From Styela clava (Eukaryota), in contig NC_135250.1 of assembly GCF_964204865.1 (NCBI RefSeq), positions 27,838,001 through 27,902,000 on the forward strand: 64,000 nucleotides of DNA, in the 5' to 3' direction. Position numbers and translations under genes: made by a program. The notes beneath the pieces are model-generated. The model was given only the letters and a program-made list of their open reading frames with translations, searched no databases and had not been told where the DNA came from. Below, piece after piece: positions 25,579-38,269 of the stretch (its first letter is position 1; the number at the start of each line of letters is the position of its first letter).

Positions 25579-25589
25579 ATTGACTATTC

Positions 25590-28500
25590 CAGGTTCCGAG
25601 AATTGCTGAAAATTTGTCGGTTCGTATTCAGATGATCCATCAGGTTGTTGCAATTGCTCATCAAGTATCCCAATTGATTTGAATGAGTAGCCGCCTCAGA
25701 ATGATCGTCTGAAATAGATATTTCGTATCCACAGGTCGCGGCTAGTATAGCAGATTGTATTTGTTTATTAATGATTTTGTTTTCGTAGATGCTTGGATTA
25801 TTTTGGAACATTAGGAAAAATTTTGCGTTATGCACATTTGGTTTTTCATTGCTCTTGGGAGTAGAAGCAGTCTTGCGGTTTCACGGTCTAAATCAAAATT
25901 CATATATTTTCTAGTATGTTTACATATAGGTTGAATGCCGAATCAAATTTGGGAAGTATGTCTTGCGGGTTTACCAAATCCAGGATTGTTAACGTTGGGT
26001 TAAGAATAGTGCACATCTGCTTATAGCAGGTCGGTGTAATTTTACGACGTTTCGAATCTCTATGCGTAAACAACTTAACAATTTGATGTCGAAATCCTAA
26101 GCAGGCAAACTCCGCCCACTAAGTCAGCAAATTATATCGTTCTGCTAACACCGATTGTGCTCCATACCCCCGACTAAAGCGGCAATCGTGCGTCACATGC
26201 TTAGTAATTTTAACAAGACTTCTTAAAGTAACCCAGATGCGTCATTATGTGTATTTATCAAATTTGTATCCGTATTAAAATGCTCATCTCAGGCAATGTC
26301 CATACAATTTCATACATATGAGACAAATCACTGTTTCAATATCTGACTATGACCGGTGATGAGATTACGAGGCCGTGGTTAGTCATATAGTCAAAAGCTG
26401 ACTTCGTGACTTCTTATCTTTGAGATATAAATATGGAATAACTTGTCTCTTTATTATCGTATTCATGCCCCCAATGAATCCAAGCCAAATAGGCTTTTTG
26501 AATAGTAAACTGCTGATATTTGAATATTTTGCCAGCACTAATCAGTAACCAGTAAATAATTATTAACTTGAATAATTTTATGTTACCGAAATAATCTTGC
26601 GTTTTAGCTTTTAGGTAATATGTAAATTCGTATGAAATCAGCTTGGCTGGTATTAAAGTTTGGTACAAAAGTTTCCGGCCCGTATTGAATTTCGTTATGT
26701 GGAAGTGGCCCGTGAGACGAAAAAGGTTGGGCAGGCCTGTTGTGAGGAGTTGCTAGAAGGATATTTTCTGAAATTTTGTTGAGCACTGTGGTTGGGCCCG
26801 AATTTGTTATGCTTTGAATATGAGACCTCCGTGTCATCTGAGCATTGAATTTTGGTTTATATAGAATATTATTGTTGATGCAAAAAATATTACCATACAC
26901 GTACTAAGGCAACTAAGCCATATTGCTAAATACTGTAATGGCAAAACAATAATGATGAGGCTGTATTTGATGTTTGTCAAATTCGGCTTGGCTGATAGCG
27001 ATATTTAGGCAACCGTAATAAAAACGTTATGAAAGTAGATGAATCATTGATGATAATTTGCCCGATGGTTTGCTGGCTGGTTTTAAAATCAAGCCTTGGA
27101 TTTATCTGGTTGCCAAGTCAATTCAGAAAGCTTGTAACATCTTGTTAGTGTGGTTGGCGACTTTTCTTCCTGTCTCTACATGGAATAAAGAAAATGGCCT
27201 TCTCACTTGATCTCTATAAAATTTGCGTTTGAATGTCGCAGTAATTTGCACGATATTTTTCTGGCTGGTTTTACTGACTGGACATGAGTGTTTTTCATTA
27301 TATTCCTTCTAGGAATTGTAATGATGTAAATTCTCTTCTTATTTGATATCTATGCAATTTACACTTGAATAACGAATGTTGCAGTAATGAATGTATTTCC
27401 ATATTAAAACGTTACACGGAGAAGAGGCTAAGAATACACACAAGCAAAAGAAACATGCACAAGCATTGTGCAAGTCAACGAAATGTTCATATCTATACAT
27501 GAAACACAGTTCTTTTGGAGTTGCTTCAGCCCCTTATTCGAAAGAAAAATCTGCCAAGTCTTCGTCTGCAGAATCAGATGTGAATCCTGTGTATTTAAAC
27601 GTCAATCATGAGATACATGTTCTACATTGTCTGTCTTTAGCTAGCTCCGGCTAGATGACTATATAGATGTATATATTTATTCACGATATTAACATTTCTA
27701 AGTTTATTTTTCTATGCGTTTTCGTTTTGCATGAGTATTTTCATGAGCACAAGATCTATCGAGATGTGCACTCGTTACTTCGAGTTTTTCAACTCCAGAT
27801 TACCATGTTCCACTGGCTCAATCTCCTATCTAAAATGATTTATTTTTGCGGATTAGTCGTCTGAAAGCCTTGTTTCAATTTGATTTAAAAGTTAGGCATC
27901 TTATTAAATAAATCTGTACCGACCTGGACTCCGACATCCAGGATTTCAAAATGATGCCTCAATGAAGCATAGATAAATGAGCTCACGTAGTATGTGTACC
28001 AAGATGGCACACAACCCGATAAACCTAACCTGGTACACATATTATGTTCAGGATGTGCGCCATTTTGGTACACATACTACGGGAGCACCAAGTAAATAAT
28101 GCATTAACACACGTATAAAACCAGCTAGCAACTGTAGATTCGGTTTTCCAATTTCTGGTCAATAGGAAAATTGGAATTTCCTTGAGCGCTGTCAATTGAC
28201 AAATTTAGCGGATTGTTCTTACTCTTTACATTCCCTTTCCTTGGATGATAATAGGTTTTCTTCACATCCCATTCCACTGAACGGTAATAGGTTGTCATCA
28301 CACTCCATTCCATTGGACTGTAATAGGTTGTTCTGAAAAATAAAATCGCTTTGAAATACAGATATCGCTCATTGTAGAACACATTATGAAGTCTGTGGTG
28401 AGCAGTGCCGGATTTACCCTTAGCCTAGGGGCCCGTCCTCTAAATTGTAAAGGCTTCATAATAAAGCCTGTTTAAAATATTACAAAACTGATATTTGTTT

Positions 28501-29485
28501 ATTGTTTTAGCCAGGTTAATATTCCTTGTCCCAAATTAGATTAAAATAGTTTAAAACAAAAATACGGTCAAATGAATAAATTTGTTTAATTCTGAGAAAC
28601 GCTACTTTTTTAATCGTTATTTTAAAATGACATTTCACCGTAATAATGCCTTTTTTTGAAAAGATAAAAAAGAATACCTAGACTACAATCTATCTAAAAA
28701 TTAGTATATTTATTTCTATTTCGTATCGGTATACCCGCTCGGCAGCATACACCTGCTTGGGTTCGCTTGTTCAAATCACTTGGGGGATAATTATGTGAGA
28801 GAGGATTCATGAACTCTTCCCTGCCGCAGGAGGCCGTTGCCAACAAGTATAGGCATATGGAACAAATAACTGGCTAATTAATGGGATTAATCTAGATCCG
28901 GAAATTAACTGGTAGCGGGGCGAGTTCGCCATATGATTATCCTCAACCCGGGGATAAATATGTAAAATCCTAATCTATCTAACTTTTAATAATTTAATGA
29001 ACATTTTATGTATCGATAATTGGTCCATGCCCGCCTTCTATTGTGACTATGAACAGGTCTTATGAGTAAGGGATTTCTGTTGGTCTGATGATGTTTTAAT
29101 ACATTCTTAATTTCTTAGTTTTTTTCAATTCAACTTACTATCAAATCAACTCGTACTATCTTGTCTGCAACTAAAATTTCGTATTTCGCGCAGGTCAATA
29201 ATAAAATTATGACGTCATATAACCAGAGGTTGTTTTGACTACATTATCGCTTGAAGTACAAAGAGTAATGCATGTTTTGCATTACAGTTGAACAATTACA
29301 GAAGCTTTCAATCGTTACCAACACAATTTAGGAAATACATCAATGGAATCGACAAAAATATTAAAACTATCCTCATTTGAATACTGTCTTCATAACCCTG
29401 ATGGGATATTCACCTACCTATGCCATGAAGTTGATGTTTGGATTAGGAGTCCAACAATGATAATGATTAAAATCATTCCAGGCAT
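25590..29485 (-). pseudogene. C2: class III pseudogene
   Basis: Colinear with C1. Tail exon from 25887 is frameshifted; a ~1-kb deletion at about 26495 removes the TM remnant. Signal exon 29485-29418 is intact. Confidence 0.7.
28125..29485 (-). CDS. Possible two-exon 91-aa secreted peptide (C2 copy)
   Basis: MPGMILIIIIVGLLIQTSTSWH (29485-29418) plus exon 28332-28125; splice sites and frame are intact. Confidence 0.4.
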
Positions 29486-29819
29486 TATGTAGCTTATGAT
29501 CTAGTTAACAAAGGAATCCGCAGCTGAATTATCTCCACTTTTATAAGCTAGTGTTACAGTACTAAACAAGGACATGAAAAAATACACTAGTTTTACTACT
29601 GATCAACTTCATAATTTTATTCAACATAATCGAACTTAAATTGGGGACCGAACCCAATCAAGTTATTTTTTATATGTTTTGGTTTCATTGCCTAAAATTG
29701 GTATTATTGTCAGCTCGGTCGGCTCATCGTGTCCCTAAAAAATCACAGTTCCACAAAGGTTGTAATATATTCAGTATAGCATATGCTTGACAAAAAATTC
29801 CGAAATTTTTAAAACAAAG

Positions 29820-30420
29820 CAGATCGCTGCGTACAAGCAAGATGGAAAATGCCAATGATAATTTAGGTGTCTTGATGATGGTGAACTATTTTTCACCAAG
29901 ACATGGACGCTGTTTGAGCGCTGATTTAGGTGTCTTGTTGATGATAAGTCATTTTCCAATGACATATGGCGCTGTTTGAGCGCGTCGCCCTCCTCCCTAT
30001 TTGCAGGTAATTTGGGCATTTTTACTCTATTTTCAATAGAATATTTTGAAAAGATTAAAAATTTCGTGTGAATTGAATATGATACGGGCAATGCTATCGA
30101 CATATGTTTTTTTCGCTATTCAACAACAAGGGTAGCATATTATAACAGCTCGCTGCAACAATGGTAATTTAGGTGACTTGATCAGGATAAACCTTTTTTC
30201 CACTGACATATGGGCGCTGGTTGATCGACGATTCAAAGCAAGGTGGGAAATATCAATGGTAATTTTAGGTGTCTTGATGTCAGATAAAGCATTTTCCACT
30301 GACATATGGCACAGATTCGAAGCAAGGGGGGAAATACCAATGGTATTTTTGGTGTCTTGATGATGATAAACCATTTTCAACTGACATATAGGCAATTGTT
30401 GATCGCGTCATCGTCGTATT
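29820..30420. repeat. Expanded, diverged minisatellite block
   Basis: Multiple GGTGTCTTGATGATGATAAA..TTTTCCACTGACATATGG units in two sub-blocks. Confidence 0.8.
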
Positions 30421-31346
30421 TTTAGGTAATTTGTCGGCATTTTTACTTTAATTTTTTTAATAGGATATTTTTGATAGAATATAATTTGAAGTGAATATTA
30501 TACGGACAATGCTATCGACATGTTTTTTTCTCTATTTAACAACAAGGGTAGCATACGGTATAATGAAGGGGTAAAACAACAAATATTCTTCAATAAAATA
30601 CGATAATCACAAAAGAGCTTCACCCACAAACAGTTCAAATTCGAATATTTGTAAACCAGCCATTATATGATTAATCAGTCACTGGATCAAATATGATGAA
30701 TCATGTTTATTCACTTTGTGATTATAACATATTTCTGCGTCACAGTTTGCGTTAATAAGTTATTGTACGAGAATTATTCTGAAAATTAGAATCATTCCCA
30801 GAATAAGTTTCTTTAAAGGTTCATATGGAAACCGATCCTTGAGCAAAAGAAAACTCGTTTATACGTCACTTAAATGCAAATATAATAAGTACAAATTAAA
30901 GCCTAACTATGTATAAAAATATCTAGGAAAAAAATAGTGTTACATTCAGAAGTTTTCGAAAATTTAGTTCGAAAAGATTTTGTGAAATATAAAAAACGCG
31001 TATACATTGGTTGGGCTAAATATTAAGATGCACGCTTCTCGTTTTGCGTAGTATTGTTAAATTCAAGTGTTTTTGAGATAGGATGAATGCTATTGAATGA
31101 TAAAATACAGTATATATACGTCACTTATATAACACGCGAAAAGTAAACCTAGATATATGTACAAAAGTGTTCAAAGAAAGAAAAAGCGAATGGATAAAAG
31201 AAAACAGTGTAACAGATCGGAGTCTTCAGCATTTTGTGAATTGATAAAATTTGCTGTTACGATAGTAACACTATATATTAGAAGCACGTTTTGTGTTGTC
31301 CGAAGTAAAAATCAAATCTGAGTGTTTTGAGATACGATGACTGCAA

Positions 31347-32812
31347 CTACATATTGTAAAGCACGTTGTTTACCATTTCTTTCTCCGACTCAGCATTTTT
31401 TCATTAAGTTTTTGTGTTTTTGTTGACGACACCATACATAGCTTCAATGTTTTCGGGGTTGTTTGCTTCTTGTGCCTCTTCTTTCTTTTGCTGGACTTCG
31501 TTCTCTTGCTTAATTTCGTTCTCTTGTTGAATTTCGTTCTCTTGCTGCACTTCGTTATCTTGCTGCGCTGCCATCTCTTGCTGTGGTTCAGATTCAAGAG
31601 ACATTTTCGAGGTTGTAGACAATAATTGACGATAGAGTGTCAGTTTGCAATAAAATCTGAAACACATATGGCAGAGATACCAAGAGCTTAAAAAAATAAG
31701 AACAAGTTGTACTACTGTTTAGACTATCGTTGATATCAATCTTTTGCTTGAAATTGATTTAAGAGTCTTTTATACTCACACACTTGAAATTTGTCTTGTA
31801 TGATTGATATGAACTGAGCTATACTTCCTACAATTTATAAATGGTTATTCGCCAAGTTATTACAATTTTTCAAAAGAAGTTAGCGCTATTTGTAAAGACT
31901 TGAGGCTAGAACCATACAGAATTAAAAAAAAATCGAATGACGGCACTGTAATTTTTTATGCAAATTACCTCAATGTTAGGATGATTATAATGAGTACTCC
32001 TAAACAAAGCAAGACTGCCAGAAAAATAATCAAAGTATATATCTTTTGTTTTACAATATCCATCATGACCGTTGAGTGTTTCTAAATCTTCTTTATCCGT
32101 AGCCAGTGGAATTAAGGTTATGTCATTTTGTGTATTGTTCAACAAATAACCAGGTTGAGTAGCAGTCGATCCATTCTCTGAATTTGTTGTGTGATAGTTA
32201 GATGTGGTGGTTACACTATTCCTTGCTGTAGTTTAGGTACAGTTCAGTTTTTATTGGTGGTATCTCTTTTTAAATTCAAGTATGTGCATATATCAAAAAT
32301 CGCCTCTCAATTAAAGATTTTTTTACGAAATTAGGATATCAAATATTTGAAAATTTTCATTTAAAAAGCGCGTTTGTCTCGTTTTGAATAAACTAAAATC
32401 ACATTACCTGATGTTTAAGAAATTATTGACTAGTTGAGTATGCCAATGTACTGTTTATTCAAAATAATGTATATACTGTGCTATTCTAGAGAATTGGCCA
32501 TTATAATAAAACTCGGCTAGCATACAAATTACTTATTTAAGTAATATATGTTTACACTTTTTGCAGCTATAGTATTTCTACTTCAGAATACTGCAGAATA
32601 TAATACGAAGAAATTAAGTTGAAAGAGAATAATTCAATTCGGTTATTTCTGATTTGTTGCTTTTACCTGTGTTGTTTATTATCCCGTACATTAACTTGAT
32701 GTTGAATATTTGTAATTCAGAAGAATAACCAACCCCTGTCTTGTATGTCAAATTAATAGGAAAACCTTTATCTCCAATGATATGATGGTATATCCCATTA
32801 CATCCGCCAGTA
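31347..32812 (-). pseudogene. Gene E: 5'-truncated class I pseudogene
   Basis: Tail exon 31656-31347 has a premature TAA at 31404. Stalk/TM exon (ending 31969) has a 2-nt frameshift and a deleted acceptor. Only the 3' part of exon A (32812-32667) remains before a deletion junction. Confidence 0.85.
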
Positions 32813-32822
32813 CATCCGCGTT

Positions 32823-33024
32823 CACCGGAACGTAGTATGTTGATCAGGTTAGGGTTAGGCCATAATTTCAGATACAAATACTACGGGTGTCACTTGGCTA
32901 GTCTCAGAACTCATAATAACACTAAAATAGGGAAAATTGGAATAAAATTATGACTTAACCCTAACCTGGTACACATACTATGTTCAGGTGTCCGCCATAT
33001 TGTTGCACATACTACAGGAGACCA
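32823..33024. mobile_element. Left-truncated copy of the 8012 MITE
   Basis: Begins at CACCGGAACGTAGTATG at the deletion junction; right TIR is intact. Confidence 0.8.
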
Positions 33025-33227
33025 AAAAAACGAATCGTAACTCAGGTTGCTAAGTTATCTGTTAAATATATGTATAATCATTTTGTATGTCTATATATAC
33101 TCTATTATAGCAAGATTTGATCACTTAATCAGGAATGACTATACTCAATCCTGTCTAGTCACAAGCAGTCAATGGTATGAAAAAGAACTGAAATAATGTT
33201 CAACAAATAAACAGGTATAAGGTAAAG

Positions 33228-36200
33228 TCAATATTCAATATCATGATACGGGTGGAAATTTGTCGGTTCGTATCCAGATGATCCATCAGATTGTTGCAAT
33301 GAATCACTCGTCAAGTATTTATTCTGATGCCTTGGATCGGGATGAGAAGTCATTGGCGAATGCTCGTGACAAATAGGCAATTCGTATCCAGAAGTTTCGG
33401 TAGAGCTGGTCGTCTTTGATTGTTTAATAGTGTTGTTTTCCTAGATTCCGTGTTCACATTCAAACTGAGCTTTTGATATATTTTTCATACTCGGTTTCAT
33501 ATTCGTCTGGGTAGAAGTTGTATTTCTGTTGTTTTTCATCCTAAAATTAAAAAAATGGATGGATTTTTAAGCTACGGTAGTATCTCAATTTCTTTCAGGT
33601 CTAACTATTTTGGCGTCTGAGCCTTGGAGATACAACAGTGATGCAAACATTTTAAAAATGTAAACGGAAGCAACGAAGACAATAGAGGAATTTGATGTCT
33701 TTTGATACCTGGAATGATTTTGACCTACTGCTACCGATCTCTGTCGTCGTACTAACGACCTAACCATTTTTGAATCCGCCAAAGATAATTACTCTTCAAC
33801 ATAGTTGATATTGATCTGAATAGAAAATCCAGTTTTTAAAAAATTCAATGCCGCTATGTAATACCAATAATCATATGAACATAAGAAAGCGGACAGAATC
33901 CGAGAGGTTTACGTGTCTGTGCAAAGTTTATTTAACATCCAATAGTGATTTGAACCTTACCTAATAGCAAGGACAATAATGATGATCACTGCAATAACGA
34001 GAATAATGCCAAGTACAATAGTAGAGATGAAAAAGAATTTCTCAGTTTCTCTGCCAAAGTCGTCGCTACTTGTAGCTGGTTTTGTTATTTTCTCAACTAC
34101 AGTTTGTTCAAGCGTCGAAGATGTTGCTTCATTTGTGAGCAAGTACCTGTTGTCTTCAGTAGTTGCATTTTTATCATCTTTTTGAGCTTAAAAATTTATA
34201 TAATCCACTATATTCAAATATTAACAATCATTACAACATTCACAATTCCGATATTGACAGCATTAAAGTTTAGGAGATAAAAACAACACGAATTTCCGTT
34301 TTAATTTTGTTCTAATTTATTGTTTCCCTAAAATCTGTCGTTGAAATTGGTAAATCCCAAAAATCTGTCTAGTCATTTTTTTAAATTTTATAAAAGCAAC
34401 AACTGAGTCGTTCTAATGAATGACCGCCCATAAGGCCATAACTATCCAGCTCGATCCAAATTACAACAAAATTCCATGTTTATCATTGTCGTATTTGTTT
34501 TACCTTTGCTGCTTGTTTTTACATAAATTAGGGGAATGCGAAATGAACATAGCGTCACGCTAATAACCAAATTGAGTAAGTCATTTTTAGCAGTTTTGAG
34601 AAAAACGTAAAAAACTTCCCAATGATATTGTTATGACATTGAGAGTCAATAATTTGCCATGGTTCAATTTTTTTATCGTAGCCAGATTTGAGTTAATTTG
34701 TATGACGCACTTACGTGACGTCATAATGGCGCACTGTGACTTAGGCAGAAATGTGTCTATGAGGTGTAAAAAGCATTTTAAGCTACGGAAAATTGCTATC
34801 TATGATACAGAAAAATGATTTGATTTTTTCACATTTCAAAAGGGGGGGGGGGTTCGACCCGCGAAACCATCCCCCTGGCTACGCCACTGGGGATATACGC
34901 AATTTTGCAACTTGACTATATGCAGCTGTCCTGAAAACCAAACATTCCAAAACCGAATCTAATTCTCAGTATCTACGATGTATAATCCCCAAAATAGCTA
35001 ATCTGTTTCAATTACATTATTTTTTATGTTTAAAAATATATATTTCATCAATATAACACGCCCTGGACACCCACCAAAATAAGACTAAAATTAAATATAA
35101 AGAATAAAACAGCAATGCACCCAATATAAAAGCCAACCAAGGTGAACTGGGTTCGGACAATACTTCGCCGGGGTTATTTTGCCTCTGTGACGTCACAATG
35201 GTCCCGCGGTAACAATGATAATTCATTATGACAAAATAATTGCTCAAATGTGCATGTCATACCAAATCTCCATTTTCATGGGTTTCGGAATTCTTAAAAT
35301 AAAATCTGAGTTAACAGACAGGTGCGCAGCATTACATAAATGCCTATTTTATAAAAAAAAAATATAAAAAAAAAACTCAAAATCGCTAAAAATGACTTAC
35401 GCAATTTGGTTATTAGCCTGACGATAGAAACCATTCTTTGTCTTATAAGTAACATTCATTGTAAATATATTGCGTTCGAAGATATGAGGAAATATCATTG
35501 CACATCCGTCGGTAAGAGAATCATTGGATACATTTTTTGAAGTAAAAGGGAAACAGTTGTTTTGTTGGGAATCACAAAGTTCTGTGCTAATTCGATAAAA
35601 AAATTTGCTATTCGCTATACGGAGCATTTTATATAAATAGATTGATAAACATCGAATACAATACGAAAAACTTAAGTTGAAGGACACTAATTATTTTCGC
35701 TTATACTTAATTTGTTACTTTTATCTGTGTTGTTTATTATCCGGTGTATTAACTTGATTTTAAGTTCTTGAAGTTCATGAGAGTAACCATTTCCTATCTT
35801 ATATGTCAAACTAATTGGAAAAATATTATCTTCGATGATATGCTGGTATGTCCCACTACATCCGTCAGTAATAGATTCATCAGATACAGTTTTTGTGGCA
35901 AAAAGGAAACAGTCGTTGAGTTTGGAAGCACATAGTTCTGTATCAACTAATCCAGCTGAAAAAATAGTGATGAATTGGCGCCCTTACATTATAGTACATG
36001 ATAATACCTCCTATAATTTACCATATACGTCACTAATATGAGTATCAAGTCCTAATTTCACATATTATATCCGATATATTGGTTATCTACTTAGAGATCT
36101 CGGCAAAAAAACGCATATTCCTAGTATCGGCCATTTTATTAAACAAATAAAGTGATACATTCTATGAATGGTGGGAACATTATCGCATGTAATTTGAGGG

Positions 36201-37417
36201 AAATTATTTATTTTCGCGAAATTTAAAATACATAACTGAGACATCTCATTTGTGATTCCTAATTATCGCAACAGGAGATCATAATACAACTATTAAACTA
36301 ATAAAAATCAGATAAGTAGAGAATTTATGGTACGTATAACACATAAACATGTTTCGACAGAACTAAACACATGATGAAATGAAATTACTAGGACACAAAT
36401 TAATCGAAACAATCCTTGAAAGCGGATACAAAATTATATTTTATAATAAATAGAAGTTGTTTGATTGTTACAAACGAACACGAAAAATGAATTCACTTTA
36501 ATTACCAGTAATTTTCAGAGATCCGATGCATTGACTGTTTTGATTGAGATTATTTTTGGTAATTTTAACTAACAAGACGCTGTTAACAGATGTGCAACTA
36601 TCGGTTTTTAATTCCCAAATATTGTGAATATCCCCTGTTCTTCTGAAAAATACAATTCGAAAATGAATATTTAAACTATATTTTCATGCTCACATACGGC
36701 TGGATAATCATGAAATTTCATTTCATCATTTTTAAAACTTTATCAAAATAAAATTTTCCTATATTTTACATCATTCTGTTGAATATTATTCATGATAAAA
36801 TGATCTTTTATTTAATTTGATGCTTTATTTGTATTAATTTTTATCAGAATTTAATCAAATAAATAGAGAAATGTTTACTTTACACTTGCGCTTGATACAG
36901 GTGTAGAACATAAATCAATGTTAATCTGGTTCTGACCAATAGATTGTTGAAGTATTGCTGCCACTATAGATGAACAAGAAAGAATATTAGTTATGTTGAA
37001 TATTTTTCCTCAGAACCGACCAGTAATAAATCCGCTTAATGGGTTTGAGTTTAAAATACGCGTCATACTATTAAAGATGACTCCGTCAAGTATGCGAGCA
37101 GTTATATGCAAGTGCAGATGTCAATTATCTCACTTAGTACTAATTAGTTATATACTTGTTAAAAAAGTCAAGTTATAAAACGTTGAAGTTCGATTTTCTC
37201 AAAACCTCGATGGATTTCTAGAATTCATATCATTCACTCTAAAAAGTTTTGGATTTATTCAAATTTGAATGAAGCACTTCTCCACAAATTCATTCACTGT
37301 ACGTAGTGAAGTAAATAAAACATATCCACTTATATACATTATTGAGAGTCACTAATGAAAAATGATTCGAACTAATTACTCACCTATAAATAACAATACC
37401 CGCGCGAAGAGATGCAT
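33228..37417 (-). CDS. Gene F: class II receptor with tyrosine-free truncated tail (or recent pseudogene)
   Basis: Exons 37417-37384, 36963-36879, 36642-36506, 36051-36022, 35955-35725 (donor GT>AT, new in-frame GT 6 nt further), [A' disrupted by a transposon], 34186-33961, 33540-33228. TAC>TAG at 33441-33443 turns IYENN into I*. Confidence 0.55.
34553..35423. mobile_element. 871-bp TIR DNA transposon with 4-bp TSD inserted in exon A' of gene F
   Basis: ~48-bp TIR CGTCA(C/G)GCTAATAACCAAATTG.GTAAGTCATTTTTAGC; TSD ATAG at 34549-34552 and 35424-35427. Contains a hAT-like terminus (CCTGGCTACGCCACTG) ending at 34889. Confidence 0.85.
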
Positions 37418-38269
37418 GTTTTTGAAATATGTCAGTTCCAGTCTCTTGAAACTACACCGAAAAGCTTTATATATATATATGATTATTCCAAAGTATAAAT
37501 TTTGAAAACGTAAATCTTTGTCAAAGCGACAGTTGTTACGTTGCATTCATCAGAGTGTATCTATACTCATTTATTACGTGTACAAAAGCGATGACTCTTA
37601 CTTGCCAAATGCAGATACGTAATTGTAAAGTACGTTCTATGTTCATTAGTAATGTGTGAGATCACTTTCTCGTGTATAGACGATCATCTGCAACAGTTTA
37701 CTAAGGTTTGAAATTATGATCTGACTAATTTAATTCAATGATTGAGATCGAATCTTCCAAACTAAATTATTAATTAGTAATATTGATCATAAGATCCCAA
37801 ACACATTTTGTGGGCTTCGTAGTTTATTTAAAATACTCTCCACGAATTATGTATTGGAAATGCAAAGATCAAATGACTAAAAAAGAGAGAAATGCTGAAA
37901 TATATGGAAACGAAGGCGAGAAAACGTAAAACAAAAGATTTTATCCACAGTTTCCCTAAAACTACATTTCGAAAAAAGCTGGAACTATGGAACGACTGCC
38001 GTAAATGGGTCTAGGTATAGTTTAGTACTACAAGTACCTCTGGTGGACGTAGCGTAATAAATTTTGCATATGCCATTCCTGAGACCAACCTAACTACGTA
38101 ATCCCAAATTTACGTCAGTGCTGCGCCACAATCACGCAATATAGCTTGCCGAAGCCAGATATCTCTCCCGCATTGATGTTATTGTGACGTCGCGGTGACC
38201 TTTTTTGTATGACGTAGTGAGGTGGGACAGGAATGAAATATGCAAAAATTGCACCGCCACTATTGACTA

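Noticed and set aside
27391-27654. Plus-strand ORF MYFHIKTLHG... (also 18236 and 41050)
   Set aside because: Frameshifted in the C1 copy and overlaps degenerate minus-strand exon-like segments; no independent support.
33585-33782. 65-aa ORF (MADSK...RPERN) repeated at 51674 and 57675 in the class II last intron
   Set aside because: Non-ATG start, no usable acceptor after the upstream stop, and disrupted in gene B. Recent duplication explains the conservation.
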